This document shows positions 10,637 through 20,971 of a stretch of 64,000 nucleotides of DNA, piece after piece. Position numbers and translations under genes: made by a program. Position 1 is the first letter of the stretch. The number at the start of each line of letters is the position of its first letter. The DNA is from Candidatus Latescibacterota bacterium (GTDB lineage Bacteria; Latescibacterota; UBA2968; UBA8231), in assembly GCA_965200315.1 (NCBI GenBank), contig OZ241362.1, positions 4,448,001 through 4,512,000 on the forward strand, written 5' to 3'. Below the pieces are notes generated by a model. That model was given only the letters and a program-made list of their open reading frames with translations. It did no database searches and was not told where the DNA came from.

Positions 10637-11340
10637 TCGGGCGGCGCGATGAGAGCCTGCACTGGGGAGGCTTCCCCTTTGAAATCGGCAACCGCTGGCG
10701 CGAGCAGCGCACGGGTCTCGAAGAGCGGGACGCAGTTCCCGGCATCCCCACATGGGCCACTTGGACGGGTGATCCCTTCTACGACTGCTACGCCCATGCC
10801 GAACCGGGCACCGAGGGGCTGTACAGCAGCGCCGGCTTCTGGCGGTTGGGCCAAGCGCTGACCCACGTTTGGGGCCGCGACCTCAAGGCCGTGGTCCAAG
10901 AGCGCCTATTCGACATCATTGGCATCCCGTACGAGCGCTGGGACTGGCTCACCGGCGGCGCAGTGAAAGAGCGGAAATACCTCTATCCCACCATTCCAGA
11001 CGCGTACACCTACCTCGACCCTCCCTACGAAATTGGCGGACAAGTCGTGCGCAGCGGTCCGGGTTGGGTGGTCATCAGCGCCGCGGATCTAGCGCGCTTC
11101 GGCCACCTCAATGCCACCCGAGGTATATGGAAGGGAGTGCGCGTCATCGACGCCGCTTGGCTGCGCGGCCACGGCGGGGGCAATAAGAGCGGGGCCAGCG
11201 GCGAGTGCGAGCACTTCACGGCCATGGGGGTGGTGACGACAATCGGGCTACCCGAGTACAGGCACGGAGTCGAGACCAAGAGCATCCTCCCCGACGACTT
11301 CTTCGTCTCAGAAGTCCAGCCGAGTTCCGAGAGGAGCTAG
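10633..11340 (+). pseudogene. C-terminal part of a beta-lactamase-like serine hydrolase
   Basis: PGT...YSS, ERLFDIIGI, ISAADLARFG.L...G.WKG..VI...W; no SxxK N-terminus. Confidence 0.6.
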
Positions 11341-11534
11341 CGGAAAAGCTCAGCGGGTCGGGCAATTGCTCAATGGGAGGGCGGAAAAGTCTCCGGCCAG
11401 CGCGGGTCGTAGTCGCTTGCAAAGAGCCTGCCAAAGGGACTTGATTGCGCTGCCCGGCTGGGGTTAATTGCACCTGTTGTAGCGCTGTGAGATCGGGACA
11501 CCGCAGTGCCAAGCAGGAGACGAGGAGGACGATC

Positions 11535-13115
11535 ATGAGTAAGACCCACGAGGTAATGTTCTACACCGACGGCCGCCATTCAAGCGCGTACTTGTACGAG
11601 CCGCCCATGGGGGCCAAGCAGTATCTAGAGCCCATTGACGAGCTAGTCGACCTCGGCATTGACACCATCACCTATGCCGTAGGCGACTGTAGCGTTTTGC
11701 TCTACGCCACCAAGGTGGGCGAGCGTTGGGGGCACAACGTCGATCTGACCGACCACGATATTTGGTGGCGGGCGGCGCACAACGCTAGGCTGATGATCGA
11801 ACAGGGCATTGACCCGCTCATGCTTGTGTGCCAGCGGGCGCAGCAGCGCGGTTTCCAGTTTCTGCCCAGCCTGCTGTTGAACATGATTCACACGCCGCAC
11901 GACCGCGTCACCAATTGCCGAGTGGCCGACTTCACCACTGAGCATCCCGAATGGCAGGTCGGCGACGAGCCCGAGTACCCCGAGGCCCGCTTCGACAACC
12001 CCAACCGGCTGTCCTTTGCCGTCCCCGAAGTTCGGGCGGACCGGCTGGCAGTAATCGCCGAACTGGTCGGGGATTACCCCGGCGACGGCATTGAGCTGAA
12101 CATGCACGACTACGCGCCGTTTATCGGCCGCGGGGAGGTCGCCGAGCACACCGAGACCCTGACCGAGTGGCTGCGAGAAATACGCCGGCTCTGCGATCAG
12201 GCGGCCGCAGAGCAGGGTCGTCCCAAGCGGTTGGTGGTCCGCATAGGCGCGACCCTCGACGGCAATAAGCGCATGGGGATGGACGTGGAGACTTGGATCG
12301 AGGAGGAGATCGTCGACGCGCTGATCTGCATGCAGGTCGTCGGTGGTTTTGCAAACGACACCACCGGATTGCGGGCCGTTGTTGCGGCCGCCGAAGGCGG
12401 GGGGGTGCGGGTGTTGGCGGGTATGGAATCGACCAACAACCCCGAGCTTTCCCGGCCGACAGTGCGGGCCGCTGCAGCCAATGCCTATGCCGCTGGGGTC
12501 CACGGCGTGTTCTTTCACACTTATTACCCGATGCCCAAGCGCTATCCGTATGATGACGAAGCGGCTGGAAGGCTGAGGTTTATGGGGCATCCAGACTTGC
12601 TGGACAATCTCGACAAGAGGTACCGGCTCGGCATCCCCAGCAATCCTAAGTCAGCCCCCATCCATGGCCTAGCCGAACAGCTACCGGCCGAACTGCCGTG
12701 CGGAGCTCCAGCGCGGTCGTTCACATTGGAAGTGAGCGACGACATGGCCAGCCGAGACCGAGCCGGTGAGTTGTGGCGCTGCGAGTTACGCCTGATGTTG
12801 CAGCACCTGACGTACGAGGACCGGATCAAGCTGAAGTGGAATGGCAGTGAAATACCCGAGACCGCGTGGCGCAAGGCCGACTGGACCTACCAGTTGCGCC
12901 CTAGGCCGGATTACGCGGTCAACGGGTACCGGCTACACATTGATCTCAAGCCGATCCAGTGCCTGCCCCAGAGGGGGATAAATACGGTGGAGGTAGAGGT
13001 CGTGGAGAAGGACGCCCAGCTCATTCACCCGGTGACCCTAGTGGATGTGGAGTTGGTGGTCGAATATCTGCCGCACCGCAATGCGCTGCGGGACGACGAG
13101 GAGTACTTTGCCTGA
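11535..13115 (+). CDS. Glycoside-hydrolase-like TIM-barrel protein (GHL10-like)
   Basis: GIDPL..., HPEW, LSFAVPEVR..RL.VI.EL...Y..DGIEL, GMDVETWI; RBS GAGGAGG before ATG 11535. Confidence 0.6.
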   Translation: MSKTHEVMFYTDGRHSSAYLYEPPMGAKQYLEPIDELVDLGIDTITYAVGDCSVLLYATKVGERWGHNVDLTDHDIWWRAAHNARLMIEQGIDPLMLVCQRAQQRGFQFLPSLLLNMIHTPHDRVTNCRVADFTTEHPEWQVGDEPEYPEARFDNPNRLSFAVPEVRADRLAVIAELVGDYPGDGIELNMHDYAPFIGRGEVAEHTETLTEWLREIRRLCDQAAAEQGRPKRLVVRIGATLDGNKRMGMDVETWIEEEIVDALICMQVVGGFANDTTGLRAVVAAAEGGGVRVLAGMESTNNPELSRPTVRAAAANAYAAGVHGVFFHTYYPMPKRYPYDDEAAGRLRFMGHPDLLDNLDKRYRLGIPSNPKSAPIHGLAEQLPAELPCGAPARSFTLEVSDDMASRDRAGELWRCELRLMLQHLTYEDRIKLKWNGSEIPETAWRKADWTYQLRPRPDYAVNGYRLHIDLKPIQCLPQRGINTVEVEVVEKDAQLIHPVTLVDVELVVEYLPHRNALRDDEEYFA

Positions 13116-13116
13116 T

Positions 13117-14685
13117 TTAGACGTGAGATTCAAATGGCGAAAAAAACGCCAGATCAGCGCCAAAGTTATCCATCGCCACCACCTCGTCGCCGCGCAGGCG
13201 GGCGCGGATCGAACGGGTCCGATGCCTCAGAATCAACTCTTCTTCGGCCAAGGCAAAGCGGATCTCAATCGGCGTGTGCAACGGCGGCTGGGCGAAGAAA
13301 AGGAACCCGCTGTCTATGCGCGGCGGCGCGGCCCCTGTTACCACTAGATCGGACGGCGTTGCCCAGCCGGGCAGGCGCACCCACAACGGCCCCGGCTGCT
13401 TGGCCTCAACGCGCAGGGCATCATGCGTATAAGGAGATTCGACGCGCACGGCCTCGGTCTCGTGGTCAAAGAGCAAATTGACCCGGTGACCCGCCGGGTC
13501 GCTGCACACCATCTCCCGGTACACCTCGCACAAAGACGCCACCGCTCCACCGACAATATCCATGTTGAAGCCAACGGTCTCGGCTTCCGCCGGCTCGTGG
13601 CCGTACGGCGCAGGAAAGCCGAAGGCCCCTTGGTGCCGTTGTGCCACGTCGCGCAGGCCGTCCGCGCCTTCGGGGTTGAGCGGTTCGTCAATAAAGGAAA
13701 TATCGCGCAGTTGCGACGGCAGTATATGGCCGCGCACAATGCGCTCGGCATCCTGAAAGTACTCGCTCCAGCCCCAGTGCCCCAAGATCAGGGCAGTCTC
13801 GACGATGTCGCCGGTATTGTTGACTTCGCCGCGGTCGGGCGGCGCATCGGGATGTGTGCTTTCGACGACCCAACCCAATGGGTCGCGCATAGCCCACAGG
13901 CCATTATCGTAAAAAGCCTTGACGCGCAGCAGGAGCGCCGCATCGCCCGTCAGATCGGCCAATTGCGCCAACGACGACATGACGCAGGTGACCGAGTGCG
14001 TGTGGTCGCCGAGCAGTTTTCGGTCGTGGCCGCCTTTTGCAGTGAAAAACTCACCCGTGATCTTCTCTGCCAATTCCAACGCCAACGCCAACGCCGGCCC
14101 ATAGCCCGTCGCCCGATAGTACTTGACCAAAGGCCCCAAGGCCCGAGCTTCTCCCGGAATGAACAAGCTCTCCCAAGCCTCCAGTCCCAACCTCTGTAGC
14201 GCCGGTCGATCCCAGCCTTCGTCCGCGCTCCAATAGCGGCGAAATGCCTCGATACTGGCTTCAGCTAGCTGGCGCGCCCGGTCCGAGTCGCGGTACTGCA
14301 CCAGCGGATAGAGCGCGTGGAAGCCCTCGCGGATATTGTGAGGGATGAAGTTGACCAGCGGACCGCCCAACTCGGCCCGATTGAGCGGCATGGCAATAGG
14401 GCCGCTGTACGAATAGAACGCTGCGGCCGCGTGTTTTTCAATGGCCGCTTCATCTACTGCAACGCCCGCGGCGTCCTCGGCGTTGAGCAAGGCGTTGAGG
14501 TGGCGGCCGGGCACGTGCGCTTCCGAATGCGCGGCACTGAAGCGCAGCTCGGCTTGGGGGCGCACACGCGAGCCGAAAAAGGGTATATCGTTGTCGTCGG
14601 CATTGAAGACACTCGACATGGTGCGGCAACCCAATTCAATGGCGCTGCGCACATCCGTGGTATTGACATCTTGCAAACGAGCCAT
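13117..14685 (-). CDS. (alpha/alpha)6 glycoside-hydrolase-like protein (GH127/146-like)
   Basis: HTHS, E....DIVETAL.L..G..EYFQDAER.VR, VNLLFD, LWVRLPGWA; RBS GAGGAG. Confidence 0.5.
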   Translation of the reverse strand: MARLQDVNTTDVRSAIELGCRTMSSVFNADDNDIPFFGSRVRPQAELRFSAAHSEAHVPGRHLNALLNAEDAAGVAVDEAAIEKHAAAAFYSYSGPIAMPLNRAELGGPLVNFIPHNIREGFHALYPLVQYRDSDRARQLAEASIEAFRRYWSADEGWDRPALQRLGLEAWESLFIPGEARALGPLVKYYRATGYGPALALALELAEKITGEFFTAKGGHDRKLLGDHTHSVTCVMSSLAQLADLTGDAALLLRVKAFYDNGLWAMRDPLGWVVESTHPDAPPDRGEVNNTGDIVETALILGHWGWSEYFQDAERIVRGHILPSQLRDISFIDEPLNPEGADGLRDVAQRHQGAFGFPAPYGHEPAEAETVGFNMDIVGGAVASLCEVYREMVCSDPAGHRVNLLFDHETEAVRVESPYTHDALRVEAKQPGPLWVRLPGWATPSDLVVTGAAPPRIDSGFLFFAQPPLHTPIEIRFALAEEELILRHRTRSIRARLRGDEVVAMDNFGADLAFFSPFESHV

Positions 14686-14705
14686 GGTCGTCTCCTCGGT
14701 TGAAA

Positions 14706-15201
14706 TTATCGGCCAGTGAGGGACGTCGATTGACCGTCCCCGCGCAATCTAATCTCGTTCTCCCAGCGCCGATACATCTCGGGCCGGCGATAATGGCGGA
14801 AGAACATCAGCGTCTCCTTGCGACTCTCCGCAAGTGCCGATCTCGGAATCGGGAACGTGCGTCTTGCGATAGCAGCCGACGTACCCCTCGGGACCGCAGA
14901 CGACCTGCGTGTTATAGACGATGCCGCTGACGTCCCGTTCAAGAATACCGGCCAGCAGGGTAATCTGGCCGTTGTGTGCAATCTCTTCGAGTCTGCGGAG
15001 CGATTCTCCTGCGAGCGGCTCGGGCTCCGGCGTTGAGGTGTCGCCGGCATTGTACCCGCACACGCACAGCTCGGGAAAGCAGACGATATCGACATCTTGC
15101 GCCGCCGCGGCCTCAGCAAAGCGCTCGATAGTATCCAGATTGCGTTCGCGTTCCGCGACTCGGCAGTTCATCTGCACCGCGGCGATGCGTAGGTCTTGCA
15201 T
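14706..15201 (-). pseudogene. Carbon-nitrogen hydrolase (nitrilase superfamily) with an internal deletion and frameshift
   Basis: IAAVQM, CFPEL, YRKTH in one frame; family C-terminus FFRHYRRPEMY in another; catalytic Cys region absent. Confidence 0.75.
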
Positions 15202-15252
15202 CGGATCGATTCCTCCTCTTCTATTAGTCATCCCTCGGATTGGCTCATCCTC

Positions 15253-15712
15253 ATGCGCCGGCTCAACCTCCACCAATTTAAGACAGTTCTCGCGTTTGCC
15301 CTACGGCCGGCGATATGTGCTGGCGTGGCCGCGTCGGCCCAAGAAGAAAGCGAGGATTGGTCCATGACGCTTAAGACGATCCGCGCCAAGTTTCCGATGG
15401 TCGCCCAAGTCTCGACTGATACGCTTCAATCCTATCTCGAAGAATCTCCGCAGCGGTAAAACCTCCTCCTGCTTGATGTCCGAGAACCCGAAGAATACGC
15501 CGTCAGCCATCTGCAAGGTGCCCTGCCAGCCCCCTCAAAAGACGAAGCTCTCAAAGTGCTGCAAGACGTATCATCGGACCAACGTATCGTTTTGTACTGT
15601 TCCGTGGGATACCGCTCGTCGGAACTTGCCCAGTTTCTGATGAAAAGAGGATATACGGATGTCTACAATCTAGAAGGATCGATCTTCGCTTGGGCAAACG
15701 AGGGGCGACCTC
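15253..15712 (+). pseudogene. Rhodanese-like protein with in-frame TAA at 15457-15459 and a lost C-terminus
   Basis: Signal-like N-terminus; after the TAA, LLLDVREPEEYAVSHL.GA, IVLYCSVGYRS, VYNLEGSIF.WANEGRP in the same frame. Confidence 0.75.
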
Positions 15713-15732
15713 CCCTCAATCAGATGGCCAAG

Positions 15733-15761
15733 TTGGAGATCAGCCCCACGTTAGCTATAAT
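15733..15761 (+). promoter_or_regulatory. Putative sigma70 promoter for the gene at 15802
   Basis: TTGGAG-17 nt-TATAAT. Confidence 0.45.
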
Positions 15762-15801
15762 ACGCCCGCCGACGCTCCAACTACTCATCCGAGAGGCCAC
15801 C

Positions 15802-17178
15802 ATGTCCGACACCCCCATCTCCATCGGCACCAACCGCCAACTATTGCTCGACCGCCGCCTCATCGACGAGCTACAAGACGCCCGCCAAGTCCTCCACCAA
15901 CCCATGCGCCGCAACGCGGCCGTGCGCATCGACCATCCCTGGGAAGAAGGCGGCCTCGCCTACGCCGTGCTCTTCAAAGACGGCGACCGCTTCCGCGCCT
16001 GGTACCGCTGCATCCCCCACGCCGATAACAACAAAACCGACCGGGCCTGCACTGCCTACGCCGAAAGCAGCGACGGCATCACTTGGCACAAACCAGAGCT
16101 GGGTCTAATCGACTTCCAAGGATCGACGGCCAACAACTTAGTCATCGACGATCCCGACTTAGTCAACTTCTCCCCGTTCCTCGACCCACAAGCCCCAGCG
16201 CAAGAGCGCTACAAAGGGATCGGTCGGCGCGGTGCCATTTACACGGCAACCTCGCCTTGCGGTTTCCACTGGCGCAAAAATCCCGAACCCGTGCAGACCG
16301 AAGGTCCGTTCGACTCGCACAACATCGCCTTCCGCGACCCGTGGACCGGCCAGTACGTCATGTACACCCGAGGCACTCGCCGCGACGGCGAACTAGGCCA
16401 CGGTGCCACTCGCGCCTTTAAAGAAGGCGTGCGCTGGATCCGCCGCGCCACCTCCGACGACTTTGTCCACTGGAGTCCGCTAGAAGCCATCGACACCGGC
16501 GATGCGCCGTTGGAGCACATGTACACCAATTCCTGCGTGCCCTACAAGCGTTCCCCTCGCCTCTACCTGATGTTCCCCTCGCGCTTTGTCAACAGCCGCA
16601 GTCCCACGCCCGGCTGGCCGTATTCTGGGGTCAACGACGCCGTGATGATGAGCAGCCACGACGGCCTCCGCTTCGACCGCCTCTTCCCCGAAGCCTTCGT
16701 GCGCCCGGGGCCCGACCCCGGCAATTGGCACGACCGCAGCGTGTACATCATGCGCGGCCTGCTGCGCACTGGCCCCGCCGAACTGTCGCTCTACATGACC
16801 GAGCATTGGCGCATGCCCACCTCCTGCATCCGCCGCCTGACCATGCGCCTCGACGGCTTCGCCTCGGTGCAAGTGCCCTATCGCGGCGGCCAGTTCACCA
16901 CCAAACCCCTGATCTTCAGCGGCGATCAGTTGCGGCTCAACATGTCCACCTCCGCGGCCGGCAGCATCCGCGTCGAAGTCCAAGACGAAAACGGCAAGCC
17001 CTTCCCCGGCCTATCGCTGGCCGACTCAACCGAGCTTTTTCAGGATCAAACGGACTTAGCTGTGCAGTGGGAATCGGGCGCGGAGGTAGGCCCGTTGGCC
17101 GGGCGGCCAGTGCGTTTGCGCTTTGTCATGTACGATGCCGACCTGTACGCGCTGCGCTTTTGCCGCAAAGAAGAATAG
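15802..17178 (+). CDS. Beta-propeller glycoside-hydrolase-like hypothetical protein
   Basis: RQLLLD, AYAESSDGITW.KP.LG, FDSHN..F.DP, S.DG..F, RLDGFAS; ATG 15802 with GAGAGG. Confidence 0.65.
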   Translation: MSDTPISIGTNRQLLLDRRLIDELQDARQVLHQPMRRNAAVRIDHPWEEGGLAYAVLFKDGDRFRAWYRCIPHADNNKTDRACTAYAESSDGITWHKPELGLIDFQGSTANNLVIDDPDLVNFSPFLDPQAPAQERYKGIGRRGAIYTATSPCGFHWRKNPEPVQTEGPFDSHNIAFRDPWTGQYVMYTRGTRRDGELGHGATRAFKEGVRWIRRATSDDFVHWSPLEAIDTGDAPLEHMYTNSCVPYKRSPRLYLMFPSRFVNSRSPTPGWPYSGVNDAVMMSSHDGLRFDRLFPEAFVRPGPDPGNWHDRSVYIMRGLLRTGPAELSLYMTEHWRMPTSCIRRLTMRLDGFASVQVPYRGGQFTTKPLIFSGDQLRLNMSTSAAGSIRVEVQDENGKPFPGLSLADSTELFQDQTDLAVQWESGAEVGPLAGRPVRLRFVMYDADLYALRFCRKEE

Positions 17179-17190
17179 GAGACAAAACCT

Positions 17191-18075
17191 ATGTACCAAT
17201 CCGTAGATGTCGCCGCCATTTCCTTTCGGCCTAAAAAATTCGCCCTAGCCGACAATGCCGACCGCTTGGAAGCCATGTTCCGCGCCGCGGCCAAAGGTGG
17301 TGTCCAACTGGCCTTGGCACCCGAAGGAGTGCTAGAAGGCTACGTGGTCATGGAACTGATCACCGGAGAGGAGCCGGAAGAACGGATGCGGGACGTGGCC
17401 GTCACCACGCGCGGCCCGGTCATGGGCCGCTTCCGCGAGCTGGCCCGCGAACTGGGAATATGCCTCGCCTTTGGGCTGGCCGAGCGCATCGGCAAGGACG
17501 TGTACAACTGCGCCGTCTTTATCGACCACCGGGGTCGCCTGTGTGGCAAGTACCACAAAATGCAGCTAGCCGAGGGCTACCATCCCTCTTGGTGGTACAA
17601 CCGTCTCGGTGCTCATGCCCGCGCCTTTGATACCCCGTTTGGCCGCGGCGGCTTCCTCATCTGCAACGACCGCTGGAATCCCGACATCGCCCGCATCCCA
17701 GTACTCGACGGGGCACAGTACCTGCTCATTCCCTCCTTCGGCTCCCGCTCCAAGGAGCAAGACCGCGCCGTATTGGCCCGGGCGCGAGAAAACGGCGTCG
17801 CCATTGTCGAGGCCAACGTCGGCGTCACCTTAGTCATTAGCAAAGGAGAAATCGTCGCTCTGTCGCGTCGGGTAAACGAAATCACCTACGCCACCATCGA
17901 AGTCCCGGCTCCAGCTTCGATGCACAACCGCGACGCGCAGGAACGCGAGTTTTTGCGCTGGCGGCAGACGGAAATGCGCCACCGCTACCAACAAGGGGAA
18001 GCCAAGCGCGCCCGCTGTGGGCCGCACGACCCCGACAAGGTCAGCCACGACCAAAGGGGCCGCTTGATTGGTTGA
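17191..18075 (+). CDS. Carbon-nitrogen hydrolase family protein
   Basis: Glu-Lys-Cys triad: APEG.LEGY, KYHK, LICND. Confidence 0.88.
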   Translation: MYQSVDVAAISFRPKKFALADNADRLEAMFRAAAKGGVQLALAPEGVLEGYVVMELITGEEPEERMRDVAVTTRGPVMGRFRELARELGICLAFGLAERIGKDVYNCAVFIDHRGRLCGKYHKMQLAEGYHPSWWYNRLGAHARAFDTPFGRGGFLICNDRWNPDIARIPVLDGAQYLLIPSFGSRSKEQDRAVLARARENGVAIVEANVGVTLVISKGEIVALSRRVNEITYATIEVPAPASMHNRDAQEREFLRWRQTEMRHRYQQGEAKRARCGPHDPDKVSHDQRGRLIG

Positions 18076-18216
18076 CCGGCTAAAAGGTAGTTAGTGGAAA
18101 GAGAAAAAGGCCAAACGGGCGGACGAGGCATAGCACGGTGCAAAGCTACACCTTGCGATGGACCTGTCGTCGTTCCGTGCTGCTAATCGGTGCCAACGGC
18201 AGTGCGATACATTTCC

Positions 18217-18996
18217 TTACTCCGCCCGCAGTCGTTCGAGCTGTTCGCGCAGGAGTTGTGCTTCCGCTTCGGCAGCGTCGCGGGCACGCTCGGCTAAGAG
18301 GCGGGCATTGCGTTCGGTGTCGTGCGCCTGCTCGGCTAAGAGGCGGGCATTGCGTTCGGCGTCGTGCGCCTGCTCGGCTAAGAGGCGGCTTTCGGCTTCC
18401 TCGTCAAGCGTCAGCAGGTAGCCGCCTTTGGCTGGATCGTACCAACGCAACTGACCCTGTTCCCAGCACAAGTCCAGCCCAAGTACACTGCTGTGCCCGC
18501 GATACCCGCCATCGGGATGCCTCGCAATGGCGATGGAACGATACCCGTCGCCGAGCAAGTGATCGCCCGCCAACGCCGCTTGATGATACGCGCCGCCCGT
18601 CGGATCAAACCGCCAATACTCAGGCACCCCATAGGCGGCATATCCATCGCGTTTGCTCGTGTCGTCGCGCCGCGCCGTTGAGTGCGACGCAACTTCCAAG
18701 ACAAAGTCCGGCGGTTTGCCCTGATCGTTGATGGCATAGCCGTTTTGAGCGATGAGGGTCGCCCGGTCCACCGCGAAGGCGATCAGCAGATCGGGAATCA
18801 AGATGCCGCTGCGCTGGCCGGTATCCCAGCCTACGGGGGCCTCGCTTATGACGATGGTCGTCTCGGACGCACCGAAGTGGCGGCTCAGCACCGGCAGGCA
18901 GCCGGGGCTGTGGAGATAGAGCGCATTCTGCATATCGTCCCTCAGCGGATAGTCCGGGAAGAGAGCCGGTAGAGATACAAGCGGTTTGGTAGGCAT
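18217..18996 (-). CDS. Uma2 family endonuclease-like protein with C-terminal coiled coil
   Basis: PDLLIAF, GKPPDFVLEVAS, KR..YA..GVPEYWRFDP. Confidence 0.88.
   Translation of the reverse strand: MPTKPLVSLPALFPDYPLRDDMQNALYLHSPGCLPVLSRHFGASETTIVISEAPVGWDTGQRSGILIPDLLIAFAVDRATLIAQNGYAINDQGKPPDFVLEVASHSTARRDDTSKRDGYAAYGVPEYWRFDPTGGAYHQAALAGDHLLGDGYRSIAIARHPDGGYRGHSSVLGLDLCWEQGQLRWYDPAKGGYLLTLDEEAESRLLAEQAHDAERNARLLAEQAHDTERNARLLAERARDAAEAEAQLLREQLERLRAE
18288..18388. repeat. 42-bp coding tandem repeat (~2.4 copies)
   Basis: gctcggctaagaggcgg at 18288, 18330 and 18372; encodes RLLAEQAHD(A/T)ERNA. Confidence 0.93.
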
Positions 18997-19189
18997 CGCG
19001 GGCCTCAAGGCAAGGAATTAGAAGCTGGTAGGTGTATGAGGAGGATTGAGCAATGTACTATGCGGATGTACAACAGGCAATCGCTTTGGGAATGGCGTCG
19101 ACAGGGTCTCTGTTTGGCGCGTCAATCCTCGCTAGAGCTTACGGCGAACGCCGCAGGGTCAAGTTTCATTGCATACTTGAAGACTCTAT

Positions 19190-20971
19190 CTACCGAGCAA
19201 ACGCTACCTTCTCAGCCACGCCCTCCCCCTGCACAATCCGGTAGCGAGCACCCGCCGCGAGGTTTTCTAACGCCTCTTCGCTCCCATCCGGCCAGCGAAT
19301 TTCTAGGCGGTCAACCTGCCCGGCTGCGCCCAAGCCAACGGTCAGAGTCGTCGAGCTGTGGCTCAAATAGGAAGACCCGGTGCGCACCATGAACACCTGC
19401 TCCTGTTCGCCCACCTGTGCGGTCACCTTCGCGCCGATGGCGTCGCGGTTGGGAGCCTTGCCCGTCAGGTCGAGTGCCACCGCACGGCCCGTCGGGCCGT
19501 CGTTGTGCAACAGGTGCGCCGGGCCGCCATTGGTCGTCAGCAGCACGTCCAAATCGCCGTCTGCATCGACATCGCCGACAGCTAGCCCGCGCGCCACCAG
19601 CAGCTTGTGAAACAGCCCGCCGGTCTGCTCCGATACCTCGACCATCCGCCCGTCGCCGTCATTCCAAAACAACTGCGGCACCTGCTGGTACTCGATCTCC
19701 TTCTGAGTCGAGTTGATCTCTGGCTCAATGTGCCCATTGGCCAAAATCAGGTCTTGGTAGCCGTCGAGATCGTAGTCGAAAAAGCGCAGCCCAAAGGTCA
19801 GCGGCCGCAGCGTCGCCTGCATCAGCCGAGCCTTGCCCGCGGCATCGACGAAGACCTCGCCACCGGCTTGGCGATAGAGCGAGAGCGCCTCGCGGCTAAA
19901 GTTGCCAATGGCGATGGAAAGCACGCCGTCGTTGGCGACCGAGGCAATATCTACGCCCATTCCCGCCCGCGCCCGGCCGGTCTCGTCGTAGCCAATGCCC
20001 GCAGCGAGACCCCGCTCCGCAAAGCGGCCCCCACCTAAGTTTTGCAACAGGAAATTGGGTTGGGTGTCGTTGGTGACGACCAAGTCGATGCGACCGTCGT
20101 CTTCAAAGTCGGTCATGGCTACGCCCATGGACTTGCCCTCGGGCAGGAGCAGGCCCGCTTCTTCGGTTATCTCCCGGAAGCGGCCCTCGCCCAGATTGCG
20201 GTAGAGCCTCGGCGGCGAGCCGGGGTACTGCTGAGGCGTGGCGTAGGATTTTCCCTTGCCGTCGAGCGTGGTGTATATGTCGGTGCTAGGCGACCAGCGC
20301 ACGTAGTTGGTGACCAACAGATCCAGCCAGCCATCGCCATCCACATCAACCCAAGCCGCGCCCGTGGACCACTCGGGATTCTCATTGCCCGCATCATCTC
20401 GCCAAACCGCGCCCGCCACGCCCGCTTCTTGGGCCACATCGACAAAGCGACCCGCGTCGTTGCGCAAGAGCAGGTTCGGCCCCAAGGTCGTCAAGTAAAT
20501 ATCTGGATCGCCATCGGCGTCGTAGTCGGCGATCGTCGGGCCCATGCCATAGACCGAAAAGTCTAGACCCGCGCGTTTTGTTGCATCGGCAAAGGTGTCG
20601 TTGCCGAGGTTGCGGTAGAGCTTGCCGGGGGCCTTTTCGCCACCCCATCCTTCGCTGTTGACCAATAGCACGTCCAGCCAGCCGTCGCCATCGTAATCAA
20701 AGAGCGCACAGCCGCTGCCCATGGTTTCCGGCATCCACTTGTCGCCGCGCGCACCGGTCTCGTGTCTGAATTCGAGACCAGCCTCTTGAGTCACATCGAC
20801 AAATCGCACCGCAGGGGCCTCTTTCCGCCCGCGCCCCACTGCATAGTCGGCGGTCGGTGCTTTGGTGTACTCGGGCGTCGGAGCGGGTTCCGAAGGCTCT
20901 TCTGGGCCGCAGGCGCCCCACAGCAGGGCACCGACCAAGAATCGCCAGCTCGCGCTATGAAATGTTGGCAT
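19190..20971 (-). CDS. CRTAC1 family (FG-GAP plus ASPIC/UnbV) predicted lipoprotein
   Basis: Lipobox-like LLWGAC; PETMGSG, repeated D.D.DG..D, AGMGVD, GSSYLS, IRWPDG. Confidence 0.9.
   Translation of the reverse strand: MPTFHSASWRFLVGALLWGACGPEEPSEPAPTPEYTKAPTADYAVGRGRKEAPAVRFVDVTQEAGLEFRHETGARGDKWMPETMGSGCALFDYDGDGWLDVLLVNSEGWGGEKAPGKLYRNLGNDTFADATKRAGLDFSVYGMGPTIADYDADGDPDIYLTTLGPNLLLRNDAGRFVDVAQEAGVAGAVWRDDAGNENPEWSTGAAWVDVDGDGWLDLLVTNYVRWSPSTDIYTTLDGKGKSYATPQQYPGSPPRLYRNLGEGRFREITEEAGLLLPEGKSMGVAMTDFEDDGRIDLVVTNDTQPNFLLQNLGGGRFAERGLAAGIGYDETGRARAGMGVDIASVANDGVLSIAIGNFSREALSLYRQAGGEVFVDAAGKARLMQATLRPLTFGLRFFDYDLDGYQDLILANGHIEPEINSTQKEIEYQQVPQLFWNDGDGRMVEVSEQTGGLFHKLLVARGLAVGDVDADGDLDVLLTTNGGPAHLLHNDGPTGRAVALDLTGKAPNRDAIGAKVTAQVGEQEQVFMVRTGSSYLSHSSTTLTVGLGAAGQVDRLEIRWPDGSEEALENLAAGARYRIVQGEGVAEKVAFAR

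Noticed and set aside
10634-10680. TGA ending the PhyH fragment, with a small downstream hairpin, as a second Sec site
   Set aside because: The read-through frame does not continue PhyH motifs; the downstream DNA belongs to a different gene in another frame
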